A DNA stretch of 64,000 nucleotides, taken from assembly GCF_036971445.1 (NCBI RefSeq), contig NC_091479.1:15872001-15936000 (forward strand), written 5' to 3'. Positions 63,196 through 64,000 of the stretch are shown here, in pieces; the stretch's first letter is position 1; every line of letters starts with the position of its first letter. Under the pieces are notes generated by a model that was not told where the DNA came from, searched no databases, and saw only the letters and a program-made list of their open reading frames with translations. The stretch is from Narcine bancroftii (taxonomy: Eukaryota). A program made the translations under genes and the position numbers.

Positions 63196-63492
63196 CTGTA
63201 ATGGTGGCCGATGCAAGGGTCTCCTCGTTCAACAGATCGTTCCTCACCAAGCAACTGTAGGTGCTGTTCGGCTCCAGGACCACTCGGATCAGGCTGTGCA
63301 CGTCGAAGAGGCCATCCTCGTTGGCCACCTGCGACGTCGTGACATTCTCGGCCACGTCAGTCCCCTTCCCATCGAGCCAGCGGACCGTCGCCTGCGGGTA
63401 GCCTCCCGAAGAGTGGCAGGCGATGGCCACCTTGTCACCAGGCTTCAGATCCTTGTGGGGCTCTAGGTGCAGGTTGGGCCTGGAGTAAGAGG
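63196..63492 (-). CDS. CD276: CD276 (B7-H3) membrane-proximal IgC-domain exon
   Basis: Translates (A)SYSRPNLHLEPHKDLKPGDKVAIACHSSGGYPQATVRWLDGKGTDVAENVTTSQVANEDGLFDVHSLIRVVLEPNSTYSCLVRNDLLNEETLASATIT(G). This closely follows the B7-H3 IgC domain as I recall it (YSKPSMTLEPNKDLRPGD..C..GYP...W.DG.G...NVTTSQMANEQGLFDVHS...YSCLVRN). Acceptor ttttcag, donor gtcagt, 297 bp, phase 1-1. Confidence 0.95.
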
Positions 63493-63646
63493 CTGAAAAT
63501 AGATGAGATGGGAGAATCAGCGGTGTAACCGCAGGGTCAACCAAGGAGCCATGAAAGGTAGCAGAAAGAGGTGATAAATCAGCATGCAGAAGGAAGAATG
63601 AAAAATTGGCTGAAGGATGCATCAGTCTCGCACTCAGTCACTAACA

Positions 63647-63905
63647 CAGTGATTCTCAACCATTTTCTTTCCACTCACATCCCACTTTAAGTAATCCCTA
63701 TGCCACAGGTGCTCTGTGATTATTAAGGGATTGCTAAAGGTGGGATGTGGGTGGGAAGGGAAGGTTGAGAACAATTGCTCTAGACCCAATTGATACTGAA
63801 ATATTTTGCTTGAGAAAAATTGTCGTTGACCCATTCCCTTTGGAGTTCTGAAACCCTGCACATAACGAGTCAATGAGGGATAATTAAAACAATGGTTTTC
63901 AATTT
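63647..63905. mobile_element. Composite hAT MITE, partial
   Basis: First module, spacer and start of the second module. Confidence 0.8.
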
Positions 63906-64000
63906 TTTTTTTGCGCTGACCCCCACGCCAACTGTGCCTCCCACAATCCATTATTAATCCTTTCTTTTTCCTCTGTGCAGTCCCACTAGCTCTCCCCCCA

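Overview
Repeat-dense vertebrate DNA from a cartilaginous fish. HE1/V-type SINEs, CR1/HER1, Rex-Babar, L1, RTE and Penelope fragments point to an elasmobranch, probably a batoid; the species cannot be fixed from the sequence. The only host gene I can support is CD276 (B7-H3) on the minus strand: the membrane-proximal IgC exon (63196-63492) and the transmembrane exon (17928-18062), joined in phase 1 across an intron of about 45 kb. The IgV and signal-peptide exons lie beyond the right edge, and I could not find the cytoplasmic-tail exons. The rest is intronic or flanking sequence filled with mobile elements, two N gaps and tandem repeats. I see no new multi-gene system. The most unusual observations are: (1) a ~3.1 kb, nearly T-free, CpG-intact 18-bp satellite that appears to have grown just behind the TATA box of a small LTR-like element; (2) young RTE LINEs with target-site duplications (TSDs) that resemble the horizontally transferred AviRTE group; (3) many Penelope termini with minimal hammerhead-ribozyme motifs; (4) a modular hAT MITE present as both monomer and composite; (5) a 5S rRNA-derived SINE; (6) a minisatellite that multiplies the TCTCGCGAGA motif. 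Repeat boundaries were read by eye and are approximate unless a TSD or terminal inverted repeat (TIR) is quoted.
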